Below, piece by piece: positions 28,735 through 37,055 of a DNA stretch of 64,000 nucleotides (positions within the stretch are counted from its first letter, which is position 1; every line of letters starts with the position of its first letter). The notes under the pieces are model-generated. The model was not told where the DNA came from, made no database searches, and saw nothing but the letters and a program-made list of their open reading frames with translations. Made by a program: the position numbers and the translations under genes. Source of the stretch: Dethiobacter sp. (GTDB lineage Bacteria; Bacillota; Dethiobacteria; DTU022; UBA8154); contig DYEO01000024.1 in assembly GCA_020725665.1 (NCBI GenBank), forward strand, positions 17,408 through 81,407. Direction: 5' to 3'.

Positions 28735-29231
28735 CGGGTGATGTTATCATGGTAAAAGGCAATATTACATGCAGCTACGGATGCTGTTCGCAGGATTTGG
28801 CTCAAAACAGGGGGAATTGCCCTGTCTGCAATAATAAAGGTGAAGCAGTAGGAAAGGTTACCGTTGAGCATTTAGTGACCGATGACAATCGAAAAGCCGT
28901 AGAGGGAGACCAATATAGGATCTGTTTAAATGAGGAATGTGATGTTGTCTACTATAACGTAGATAACGGCGTAAAATTCCTGAAGAATCAAATTAAAGTT
29001 CCTATCTGGTTTAAGAAAGATGCGACCCCCAAATACGCGTGCTACTGCAGCAAAGTTACAGAAGAACAAGTTATAGAGGCCGTACTTAAGCATGGAGCGA
29101 AAACGGTACAAGAAGTGAATGTTATTACCGGTGCAATGAAAAATTCCAATTGCAAAGAGAATAATCCAATGGGCGTTTGCTGCCATAAGATCATTCAGGA
29201 AGCAATAAATAAAGGATTAGCAATGAAATGA
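28707..29231 (+). CDS. Cysteine-rich protein with C-terminal BFD-like [2Fe-2S]-binding-type domain
   Basis: N-terminal CSYGCCS...CPVCNN. The C-terminal CYCSKVTEEQV...ITGAMKNSNC...GVCCHK resembles the BFD-like/NifU-like Cys pattern. The start may be ATG 28749. Confidence 0.3.
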   Translation: MLENQKSKVAGDVIMVKGNITCSYGCCSQDLAQNRGNCPVCNNKGEAVGKVTVEHLVTDDNRKAVEGDQYRICLNEECDVVYYNVDNGVKFLKNQIKVPIWFKKDATPKYACYCSKVTEEQVIEAVLKHGAKTVQEVNVITGAMKNSNCKENNPMGVCCHKIIQEAINKGLAMK

Positions 29232-29264
29232 TTGTTATTACGCTTAAAATTAGAAACAAGGATG

Positions 29265-29338
29265 TAAGACTGGAATAGTAAAGCAAAAAAACACCCCGTA
29301 CATCTTTAAAAATACGATGTTCGGGGATGTTCGGGGTG
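29265..29338. terminator. Bidirectional terminator hairpin between convergent genes
   Basis: AACACCCCGTACATC ... GATGTTCGGGGATGTTCGGGGTGCT stem-loop with A-run upstream and T-run downstream. Confidence 0.4.
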
Positions 29339-29848
29339 CTATTTTTTCAAAAAATCTCCGGTAGCATTTAGTGGAGCTTCAAGTCTGTAGCCTCTGCTTT
29401 TCAATATCTGAAATTTGAAATCCATTAATTCCGGTGGTACATAAAGTTCCCTTGCGGCCCTGAAAAAATTCATTTCTGCGTCATTTATCAGTTTAATAAC
29501 CTCACAATCAGGCAAGAGGATTTCAGCGGCGAAAATGTTTGCTTCCCTTTCCGGCTTTGAAGACATATCATAGCTGATAAGCTCCTGGGCCTGGGGATTC
29601 ATTATGGCCAAGTGTCTGTGGAAGCGGTCATGGCCGATTTCGTGAGCACATACTAATCGTTTGGCAGGACTGTCCAATTCATTGTTAATGCAGATATATC
29701 GGCTTCGCCTTGTGTATATGTAAATCCCTTTAAGCCTGCCGAGCGGCCTGTAGAGAACATTAATATTAAGACAATCGGCAATCTCAAAAGGGTTTCGTGT
29801 TTTATGCTTTTGGATCAACCTCTCGGCTTCTCTCAAAATAAATTCCAT
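29339..29848 (-). CDS. immA: ImmA/IrrE family metallopeptidase (anti-repressor protease)
   Basis: HEIGH zinc motif (VCAHEIGHDRFH). It lies downstream of and adjacent to the XRE repressor on the same strand. ATG 29848 has RBS GGGGTG. Confidence 0.8.
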   Translation of the reverse strand: MEFILREAERLIQKHKTRNPFEIADCLNINVLYRPLGRLKGIYIYTRRSRYICINNELDSPAKRLVCAHEIGHDRFHRHLAIMNPQAQELISYDMSSKPEREANIFAAEILLPDCEVIKLINDAEMNFFRAARELYVPPELMDFKFQILKSRGYRLEAPLNATGDFLKK

Positions 29849-29864
29849 ACTTTTCACCCCGCAG

Positions 29865-30314
29865 CTAATCAGTTGGTGGATTCTTGCTGCCTTTATTTTT
29901 ACGGGCACCATACTTTTTGGCTTTTTTCTTTGAGTCAAAGTATATTTCGGTTAATACCTCAAAAAGCGCATCTTTATCTTCTTCTGATAATTCTCCGCCG
30001 GCAAATAAACATTTTGTAGTTTCAATGAATTTTTTTGCTTCGCTTTTTCCCCTCAATTTATCTTCTGCTTTAGCTTCCTCTAGAAATATTTCTTCCTTAG
30101 TCATTGCAATGCTTTCGCTATCGTCTGTCAGGAAATCTGAAGATACGTTAAAGAAACCGGCGATTTTATCAATTAGTCCTGCCTCCCGTGGAAAGCGCTC
30201 ACCGTTTTCATAGTATACCAAAGCCCGTCTTGTAATCCCGAGCTGCTCTGCAAAATCCTTCTGAGAAATGCCTGCCCTTTTACGTAATAATCTAATTTTT
30301 TCGCCAAACTGCAT
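29865..30314 (-). CDS. immR: XRE-family HTH transcriptional repressor (ImmR-like)
   Basis: HTH_3 motif IRLLRKRAGISQKDFAEQLGITRRALVYYENGERFP. ATG 30314 has RBS GGAGGTG. Confidence 0.8.
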   Translation of the reverse strand: MQFGEKIRLLRKRAGISQKDFAEQLGITRRALVYYENGERFPREAGLIDKIAGFFNVSSDFLTDDSESIAMTKEEIFLEEAKAEDKLRGKSEAKKFIETTKCLFAGGELSEEDKDALFEVLTEIYFDSKKKAKKYGARKNKGSKNPPTD

Positions 30315-30329
30315 TTGATAAAACACCTC

Positions 30330-30445
30330 CGGTAATATTTTGGCTATAATGTTCACTTATTATACAATAAGAGAACAAATTTATTGACAAAAATATTGTT
30401 CACATATTATAATACAAGAGAACAAAAAATATGTCAATAATTTTG
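30330..30445. promoter_or_regulatory. Divergent promoter/operator region with two palindromic operator copies
   Basis: Two copies of TGTTCAC-N(about 15, AT-rich with TATAAT)-GAGAACAAA (TGTTC...GAACA inverted repeat), each overlapping a -10-like TATAAT. Located between immR and the divergent 30463 gene. Confidence 0.5.
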
Positions 30446-30462
30446 AAAAGAGGTGAAAACAG

Positions 30463-31008
30463 ATGAGTTCTGAAAAAATGGCGTTAGCTGTGTTGAAACG
30501 AGGATTAGCTTCCATGCACATTGATGAAGAGCGGGTATATCATAAAACAAAATTGTTGCTGAAAATATACCGGGATGTGGTTTGGTGTATTGAAGACAGG
30601 ATATGCGAGATTGAAGCAGAGTATTATGCCATGGGAGGCAATCGTCTGGCTGAAGCCTTGGATTACCTGGATGATTATGACCCCAATATCAATAAGAAAG
30701 ACCTTGAAGAAAAGCTGTGCTCATTATTGAAAAGCAAGTGGCTTATTGAAATTGTGGACAAGGCATTGTTAAAAATAAAGAATTATCCTGATTATGGGGA
30801 CTTGTATTTCAATATCCTTTACAAGCAGTACATTGTAAAATACAGGTATTCGGAAAAGGAAATTATCGAATCTCTCAATTGTGAGAGGACAACCTTTTAT
30901 AAAAGAAAAAAGGAAGCTATAAATTTAATGGGCCTTGCCATATGGGGATATGTGATACCTGCTCTAAGGGATATATGGCAGACGGAATGTGAACTAAATA
31001 CGAACTGA
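30463..31008 (+). CDS. Hypothetical protein (possible sigma-factor region-4-like HTH)
   Basis: C-terminal ERTTFYKRKKEAINLMG resembles sigma region 4. Transcribed divergently from immR. Confidence 0.3.
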   Translation: MSSEKMALAVLKRGLASMHIDEERVYHKTKLLLKIYRDVVWCIEDRICEIEAEYYAMGGNRLAEALDYLDDYDPNINKKDLEEKLCSLLKSKWLIEIVDKALLKIKNYPDYGDLYFNILYKQYIVKYRYSEKEIIESLNCERTTFYKRKKEAINLMGLAIWGYVIPALRDIWQTECELNTN

Positions 31009-31112
31009 TAAAGGACAAAATACCTACATAACAAGTACTGAATACGAACTGCCAGGGTGTTACGATAATTATGATGGGTAGCTGCATACTTTAAAGCCCT
31101 CGATTTCAGGCT

Positions 31113-31140
31113 TACACGGCCATGAATCGATGGCTTTTTT
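31113..31140 (+). terminator. Rho-independent terminator
   Basis: GCCATGAATCGATGGC hairpin followed by TTTTTTTT. Confidence 0.4.
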
Positions 31141-31179
31141 TTATGCCCCAAAACTTATCCAAAATTGCACATAGGTACA

Positions 31180-31216
31180 AAAAAGGGTCGCACGAAAAAT
31201 CGTGCGGCCCTTTTTT
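31180..31216. terminator. Bidirectional terminator hairpin
   Basis: AAAAAAGGGTCGCACGaaaaatCGTGCGGCCCTTTTTT. Confidence 0.45.
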
Positions 31217-31329
31217 GCTGCCGGAAAGGGGACATCCGTGAAGCGTTTGTTTTGGTACTACATCCGGTATCCTTGATTTTCTCTGTTTTGCTAAGGCCTG
31301 CAAACAAAGCAAAACGGAGGGAATGAAAG

Positions 31330-31734
31330 ATGAAAGAATACAAAATAAGAGTGAAAAATGAAATTGTTACTGTAAGCAAGGAAATATATACTGCCTATTA
31401 CAAGATGAGAAGACGTGAAAGGTACATAGAGGAAATCAGCATAAAGAACAATCTTTCTTATGACCAGCTAGTCGAGCTGGACTATCCTATCGAGCAGAAA
31501 ATGTGTGATCCGCAACTTCTTGTTGAAGACGTTATTATTGAAAAAATCATGCTTGAGAAATTGATGCTGGCGCTTGAAGAATTGACAGATTATGAGCGGT
31601 TAATAATTAACGAACTGTTCTTTAATGGCAAAAGCGAAAGAGAGCTTGCAGATTCTATGAAGCTGCCAAGAACAACTTTGCAGTCTCGCAAAAACAGCAT
31701 TATCAGCAAACTTAAAAAAATCATTGAAAAATAA
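31330..31734 (+). CDS. Sigma-70 family RNA polymerase sigma factor (small ICE-type; region 4 present)
   Basis: C-terminal DYERLIINELFFNGKSERELADSMKLPRTTLQSRKNSIISKLKK is a region 4 HTH. Confidence 0.6.
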   Translation: MKEYKIRVKNEIVTVSKEIYTAYYKMRRRERYIEEISIKNNLSYDQLVELDYPIEQKMCDPQLLVEDVIIEKIMLEKLMLALEELTDYERLIINELFFNGKSERELADSMKLPRTTLQSRKNSIISKLKKIIEK

Positions 31735-31744
31735 AAATTTATTT

Positions 31745-31795
31745 CGTCCACCCCTTCATTTTTTCGGCTTAAAAAGTGAAGGGGTATTTTTATCC
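31745..31795 (+). terminator. Rho-independent terminator
   Basis: CCACCCCTTCA-ttttttcggcttaaaaag-TGAAGGGGT hairpin followed by ATTTTT. Confidence 0.45.
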
Positions 31796-32298
31796 CTTAT
31801 TGCTCTTTGAAAAATTGCCGGCAAAGGCTCGCTTGTAATCCTTAAAGCCGTACATATCCAACAGCTCAAATACGTTAGCTGTTCAGCCGCTGAAACGGGA
31901 AGCGACATTGGTAAACACGCCAAGACAGCCTGCGGGCATTTTTTGCCCGTCAAAACGATGGCATCAAAGGCTATGAGCGATAAATGTTTGACCATAAAAC
32001 AATCTGTGGTGGATTGTTTCGCCAGGACCTGAACAGCCTACAATGATACTCCTGCATAGTCGAGGTTGAGTCCCAGAGTGCAGCCCGGAGGTTCTCGGGG
32101 AGGTGGAATTCCTGTGATACCTGCTGACCACAGGTAGTTTGAGCTGTTGCCCCGGTGCTTGGGAAGCAGTGGCAAATAGAGCACAGGATGAAGATAGAGA
32201 ACAAGCGTAACCGCTTTGATATCAGAAACTATGCAGCGGAACTTAAAGTCCGCTGCATCCTTGTGGTATTAAAGCAAAATGTAAAGGGGGATTTAACC

Positions 32299-32460
32299 AT
32301 GTCACAAACTCAAATAACCAATGAAATCAAGTATAAAATAGCGCTTTCGCTGCTGAACAGCCTGCTTGAAAAAGGCCTTATTACTCTTTCTGAATTGAAA
32401 GAAATTGACAGATTAAATCGGAATTCATTCACTCCAGCCCTGGCGGAGGTATATGTGTAA
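32299..32460 (+). CDS. Small hypothetical protein upstream of serine recombinase
   Basis: RBS AAAGGGGG lies upstream of ATG 32299 (MSQTQITNE...). The ORF track extends to 32155 but no RBS is seen there. Confidence 0.3.
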   Translation: MSQTQITNEIKYKIALSLLNSLLEKGLITLSELKEIDRLNRNSFTPALAEVYV

Positions 32461-32543
32461 AAACACTTGATATGGCTGGATTTGTGTGGTACTGTGTGTT
32501 GCTGATAAAGCATCATGTACTGAAAAGTGAAAGGAGGAAGCGT

Positions 32544-34145
32544 ATGCCAAAAGTAAGAGTCATCAAGCCAATCAATTGCATGGAAGCAGAAGCTGAAGCT
32601 CCGAAACTGCGGGTGTGTGCATACTGCCGGGTCAGCTCGGACCACACCGGGCAGCTGCAATCCTTTTCAGCACAGGTGGAGTACTACACCCGGCTGATAG
32701 AAAGCAACGATGCCTGGACTTTTGCCGGAATTTATGCGGACGAAGGCATCAGCGGCACCGCCAAAGACAAGAGGGATGAGTTTCTAAGGCTCATTGCCGA
32801 CTGTGAAGCCCAAAAGGTGGACATGGTCATTACCAAGTCCATATCCAGGTTTGCAAGAAACACCGCCGACTGCATTGAGACGGTGAGAAAGCTGAAAACG
32901 CTGGGGATTGCCGTTTTTTTCGAGAAAGAAAACATCAACACCCTGTCTGCTGAAAGTGAGCTGCTGATGACGGTTTTAAGCTCCATTGCCCAGGAGGAAT
33001 CCATATCCACCTCCAAAAACAACCGGTGGGCGATACAAAAAAGGTTTATGAAAGGTGAATGGAAGCCTTCTTACCTTCCCTACGGCTATAAGAAAGACAA
33101 GGACGGAAGAATCATCATCAATGAAGAAGAAGCCGCTATTGTAAAAAGGATTTATACTGACTACCTGAACGGGAAAGGAACGTACGTCATCGCAAAAGAG
33201 CTCACGGAAGAAGGAGTTCCAACAAGAAAAGGGGCGGAAGCCTGGGGAGAAAATGTGGTGAAGGAAATCCTGACCAATGAAAAATACTACGGAGACATAC
33301 TCCTTCAGAAGACCTTTACCACCGACACATTGCCCTTCCGGCGAAAGCGGAACCGGGGACAAAAACAGTGCTACTATATCGCCAACGATCACGAACCCAT
33401 TATTTCAAAAGAGCAGGCTGAACGAGTCAGGGAGATCATGGAGCAGCGAAAAACCGAAAAAGCCATGGTGGATACCGACCCCCGAAAATATAACCAGCGT
33501 TATCCGTTCAGCCGCAAAATCCAGTGCGGCAAATGCGGAAGCACTTTCAAAAGGCAAATCATATACAAGGGCAAACCCTACCAGACAGAGCAGTGGTGCT
33601 GCACCAAGCATATCATGAATCGGGCGGAATGCGGCATGGCAGCCGTCAAGGACAAGCACATCAAAGCTGCATTCATCAATCTATATAACAAGCTGAAAAG
33701 CAATTATGACAAAATATTAACCCCCCTGGCCGAGGATTTGAAAAAGCTTCACTGCGGCAGGGAGTATGAATCCCAGGTCAAGGAAATCAATAAAAGAATA
33801 ACGGAACTTACCGAACAGAGTCATGTATTAAGTAGACTGAGGTCGAAAGGATATCTTGACTCTGTTCTTTTTATAGAGCAAAGCAATCTGATCACCAAGC
33901 AGCTCCACGAAGCCAAAAAGCAGCGAAGCAAGCTGTTCGAATATAACGGATTTAATGATGAGGCCGCCAGGACGGAGGAACTGATCGCTTTCCTCAAAAA
34001 GCAGGATGATCTGATAGAGAGCTTTGATGAAGACATTTTTTCACTGATGGTAGAAAGGATCATTGTAAAATCCAAGCTTGAAATTGCCTTCCGTCTGATC
34101 AATGGACTGGAGCTTCCGGAAATCATCGGAGAGGAAGTGGGCTAA
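32544..34145 (+). CDS. Large serine recombinase (resolvase/invertase catalytic domain plus recombinase domain plus zinc ribbon)
   Basis: Catalytic serine motif AYCRVSSDHTGQLQSFSAQ, recombinase domain, and Cys-rich zinc ribbon. RBS AAGGAGGAAG lies upstream of ATG 32544. Confidence 0.9.
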   Translation: MPKVRVIKPINCMEAEAEAPKLRVCAYCRVSSDHTGQLQSFSAQVEYYTRLIESNDAWTFAGIYADEGISGTAKDKRDEFLRLIADCEAQKVDMVITKSISRFARNTADCIETVRKLKTLGIAVFFEKENINTLSAESELLMTVLSSIAQEESISTSKNNRWAIQKRFMKGEWKPSYLPYGYKKDKDGRIIINEEEAAIVKRIYTDYLNGKGTYVIAKELTEEGVPTRKGAEAWGENVVKEILTNEKYYGDILLQKTFTTDTLPFRRKRNRGQKQCYYIANDHEPIISKEQAERVREIMEQRKTEKAMVDTDPRKYNQRYPFSRKIQCGKCGSTFKRQIIYKGKPYQTEQWCCTKHIMNRAECGMAAVKDKHIKAAFINLYNKLKSNYDKILTPLAEDLKKLHCGREYESQVKEINKRITELTEQSHVLSRLRSKGYLDSVLFIEQSNLITKQLHEAKKQRSKLFEYNGFNDEAARTEELIAFLKKQDDLIESFDEDIFSLMVERIIVKSKLEIAFRLINGLELPEIIGEEVG

Positions 34146-35126
34146 ATGGCGCAAAGACATATGCCTTTTGGCTATAAAATCATAGACGGAGCTGTAACCA
34201 TCGAACCGGATAAAGCAGACCTGGTCAGAAAAATGTTCAATGATTTTATATCGGGCATATCCTTGAAGCAGATGGCAAAGGACCTGACAGAAATGAAGGT
34301 TCCCAATGCCAACGGAAAGCCCTCCTGGAATCACGGCTCCATCGGAAAAATTTTGAGCAACTGCAAATACGTCGGAAGTGATTTCTATCCTGCCATTATC
34401 CCGGAGGAAGTATTCAATGCCGCCAACAGGCTCAGAGAAGAAAAGAACACCCGGCTTGGCAGAAATGTCAATTACTATGCCAACGGCATCGCCAGCACTT
34501 ATCCCTTCAGCGGCAGATTGATATGCGGGGAATGCGGAAGTGTTTTCAAAAGGTACACCGAACACCATGACAAAAATAAAAAATGCAACTGGAAATGCAA
34601 ACGGTATATCGTTGACAACAGGGTATGCTGCAAAAGCGGCGTGGTTGATGACAAGCAGCTTGAAGCTGCCTTTATACAGATTATCAACCGGGTGATGGAG
34701 AACCCTGAAATGATAGAAAAGCGTCCAGCAGTTAATGCTGTGACTGAGAGTGTTGAATTAAGAAAGATAAAATTGCAAATATCCAACGGATTCGATCAAA
34801 ACGGCTTGGAACCGTCGGAAATGGCACAGCTGCTATTCAAAAGAGCTGCAGAACAATATCGAATCTCTCAAATAGATGACTTTGAATACAAAACCAAGAA
34901 ATTGAAAGCGGTGCTTGAGAACTGTAAGCCCATTAAAGCATTTGATGAGGCTTTATTCAAAGCGACCATCAAAAGCATAACAGTGGAAATCACCGGGCAG
35001 CTCCGGTTTGAACTGATCAATGGAGTGATGCTAAGCACCTCATATACACTACGGAGAAAAGGAGGAAAGGCCCATGGCGATGGGACAAAGAACAGTATCG
35101 GTAATCCCTGCAAATCCGATTTATGA
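34146..35126 (+). CDS. Recombinase-domain protein lacking the N-terminal catalytic resolvase domain
   Basis: Aligns with the recombinase/zinc-ribbon/coiled-coil portion of large serine recombinases (LICGECGSVFKRY zinc ribbon) but has no YCRVS catalytic region. The TAAATG stop/start overlaps the upstream recombinase. Confidence 0.6.
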   Translation: MAQRHMPFGYKIIDGAVTIEPDKADLVRKMFNDFISGISLKQMAKDLTEMKVPNANGKPSWNHGSIGKILSNCKYVGSDFYPAIIPEEVFNAANRLREEKNTRLGRNVNYYANGIASTYPFSGRLICGECGSVFKRYTEHHDKNKKCNWKCKRYIVDNRVCCKSGVVDDKQLEAAFIQIINRVMENPEMIEKRPAVNAVTESVELRKIKLQISNGFDQNGLEPSEMAQLLFKRAAEQYRISQIDDFEYKTKKLKAVLENCKPIKAFDEALFKATIKSITVEITGQLRFELINGVMLSTSYTLRRKGGKAHGDGTKNSIGNPCKSDL

Positions 35127-36708
35127 TTTTAAGGAAAAAGCAAAGATAAAAAAGCTGAGAGTGGCTGCCTACTGCCGGGTCAGTACGGAGCTGGAGGAGC
35201 AGCAGTCCAGCTACCAGGCGCAGGTGGATTATTATACGGCGGAGATTATGAAAAACCCAGGCTGGAAGTTTGCAGGCATCTATGCTGATGAGGGCATATC
35301 CGGCACCAGCACAAAAAACAGGACAGGGTTCAATAAATTGATTGAAGACTGCATGGCAGGCAAGATTGACCTGGTGCTGACAAAATCCATCAGCCGTTTT
35401 GCAAGAAACACCCTTGACTGCATTCAATACATACGGAAACTGAAAGAAAAAAACATCGGCGTGTTCTTCGAAAAAGAAAATGTCAACACCCTGGACAGCG
35501 CTGGAGAATTTCTCATCACCATCCTCGGAAGCCTTGCCCAAGAAGAAAGCCGTTCCTTAAGCACTAACACAAGGTGGGGTGTCGTCCGCCGGTTCGAGAA
35601 GGGACAGGTTATGGTCAATCACAACAAGTTTTTAGGCTATACGAAGAATGAGGCCGGAGAGCTGGTGATTGTACCCGAAGAAGCAGAAATTGTAAGATTG
35701 ATTTTCAGATTGTACTTAGAGGGGCAAAGCATTACCCAAATTAAAAAATACTTAGAGGAAAATGGAATTAAAACCGTTACCGGAAAAAACCAATGGTCTA
35801 CAACCACCATCAACAACATGCTCTCAAATGAGAAGTACATGGGAGATGCCCTGCTGCAAAAAAGCTACACCGTAGACTACCTCACTAAGAAAAGAGTTAA
35901 AAATAATGGAATTGTTCCGCAGTATTATGTGGAGGACAGCCATCCGGCCATCATTTCCAAAGACTTGTTTCACCGGATACAGGAAGAAAAAGCACGCCGG
36001 GCTAACATTAAAAAGAGTGCTGAAAAAAGAACCAAAACCGACAGCGGGAAATACAGCTCAATATATGCTCTCACCGAATTATTGATATGCGGGGAGTGCG
36101 GCAAGCCTTATAGACGGGCATCCTGGACAGCATACAGTGAGAAAAGGATTGTCTGGCGGTGCTTAAACAGGCTGGAGTACGGGAAAAAACACTGCCAAAA
36201 GTCTCCGACCATTGATGAAGATGTTTTGCATAGAGCCATCATGGATGCTTTCAATTCACTCATACAGGATAAGGGAGATTTTGTGGACACTCTCCATTCA
36301 AACATTCAGCTGGTGATGAGCAACCGGGCGAAACGGATGGACATAGCAAAAATTGAGGAACGGATTGCGGAATTGAAAAATGAGATGATAGGCTTCGTAG
36401 AGGAAAATGCAAGATGTGGGGCAGATAATACGGACTTTGACGAGTACTATGCTAAAATCTCCGCCGAATTGAAAGAACTTCAGAAGATAAAAACACAATA
36501 TACAGAACAGCAAGCCAGGCAAGACAGCTTCCAGAGAAGGATCGAGGATATGAAGAAGTTTCTGAACGCCGCAGACTGTAAATTATCAAATTTTGATAAC
36601 CAGCTTGTCAGGCAGCTTATACAAAGCATCAAGGTCGTGTCAAGGGATAAGATTCTCATAAAATTCAAGTCGGGCTTAGAGATAGAGCAAGAGCTGAGTA
36701 AAAAATAG
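35074..36708 (+). CDS. Large serine recombinase (second full-length copy)
   Basis: AAYCRVSTELEEQQSSYQAQ catalytic motif and LICGECGKPYRR zinc ribbon. RBS GGAGGAAAGG precedes the start. Confidence 0.9.
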   Translation: MAMGQRTVSVIPANPIYDFKEKAKIKKLRVAAYCRVSTELEEQQSSYQAQVDYYTAEIMKNPGWKFAGIYADEGISGTSTKNRTGFNKLIEDCMAGKIDLVLTKSISRFARNTLDCIQYIRKLKEKNIGVFFEKENVNTLDSAGEFLITILGSLAQEESRSLSTNTRWGVVRRFEKGQVMVNHNKFLGYTKNEAGELVIVPEEAEIVRLIFRLYLEGQSITQIKKYLEENGIKTVTGKNQWSTTTINNMLSNEKYMGDALLQKSYTVDYLTKKRVKNNGIVPQYYVEDSHPAIISKDLFHRIQEEKARRANIKKSAEKRTKTDSGKYSSIYALTELLICGECGKPYRRASWTAYSEKRIVWRCLNRLEYGKKHCQKSPTIDEDVLHRAIMDAFNSLIQDKGDFVDTLHSNIQLVMSNRAKRMDIAKIEERIAELKNEMIGFVEENARCGADNTDFDEYYAKISAELKELQKIKTQYTEQQARQDSFQRRIEDMKKFLNAADCKLSNFDNQLVRQLIQSIKVVSRDKILIKFKSGLEIEQELSKK

Positions 36709-36794
36709 CATTACCGCGAAGAGACAACCGCCAAACTGTGAAAAAGCAGAATGGTGGTTGTTTTATTCATGTATAGTACTTGCTTGAATGGTGC

Positions 36795-36875
36795 CTCGCA
36801 GAAATATGTTCACAAAATTCATTGTTTTCATTCGTTTCTTCGTATATAATATTATTTGGAAAATATTTCTGCGAG
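36795..36875. promoter_or_regulatory. 13-bp inverted repeat pair bracketing a -10-like element upstream of the HTH leader gene
   Basis: CTCGCAGAAATAT (36795-36807) and ATATTTCTGCGAG (36863-36875), with GTATATAAT between them. Located 10 nt upstream of ATG 36885. Confidence 0.35.
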
Positions 36876-36884
36876 ATATAAAGA

Positions 36885-37055
36885 ATGGATTATATTACGG
36901 CAAAAGAAGCAGCAGAAAAATGGGGAATATCCCAGCGCAGAGTTCAGCTTTTATGTGAGCAAGGTCGAGTTGCGGGGGCGGTTCGGTTAGGATGGGCATG
37001 GGCAATTCCAAAAGAAGCGGACAAGCCTGCAGATGCTCGCACAAGGAGGAAATAA
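36885..37055 (+). CDS. HTH DNA-binding protein (paralog of 20844..21068) translationally coupled to gajA
   Basis: MDYITAKEAAEKWGISQRRVQLLCEQGRVAGAVRLGWAWAIPKEADKPADAR, about 85% identical to the leader upstream of the Type III mod. Its TAA overlaps the ATG of the next gene (TAAATG). It is not in the ORF track because it is under 60 aa. Confidence 0.6.
   Translation: MDYITAKEAAEKWGISQRRVQLLCEQGRVAGAVRLGWAWAIPKEADKPADARTRRK

Noticed and set aside
31141-31215. Possible small RNA between two terminator hairpins
   Set aside because: Only about 40 nt lie between the hairpins, with no promoter. It more likely reflects two independent bidirectional terminators.
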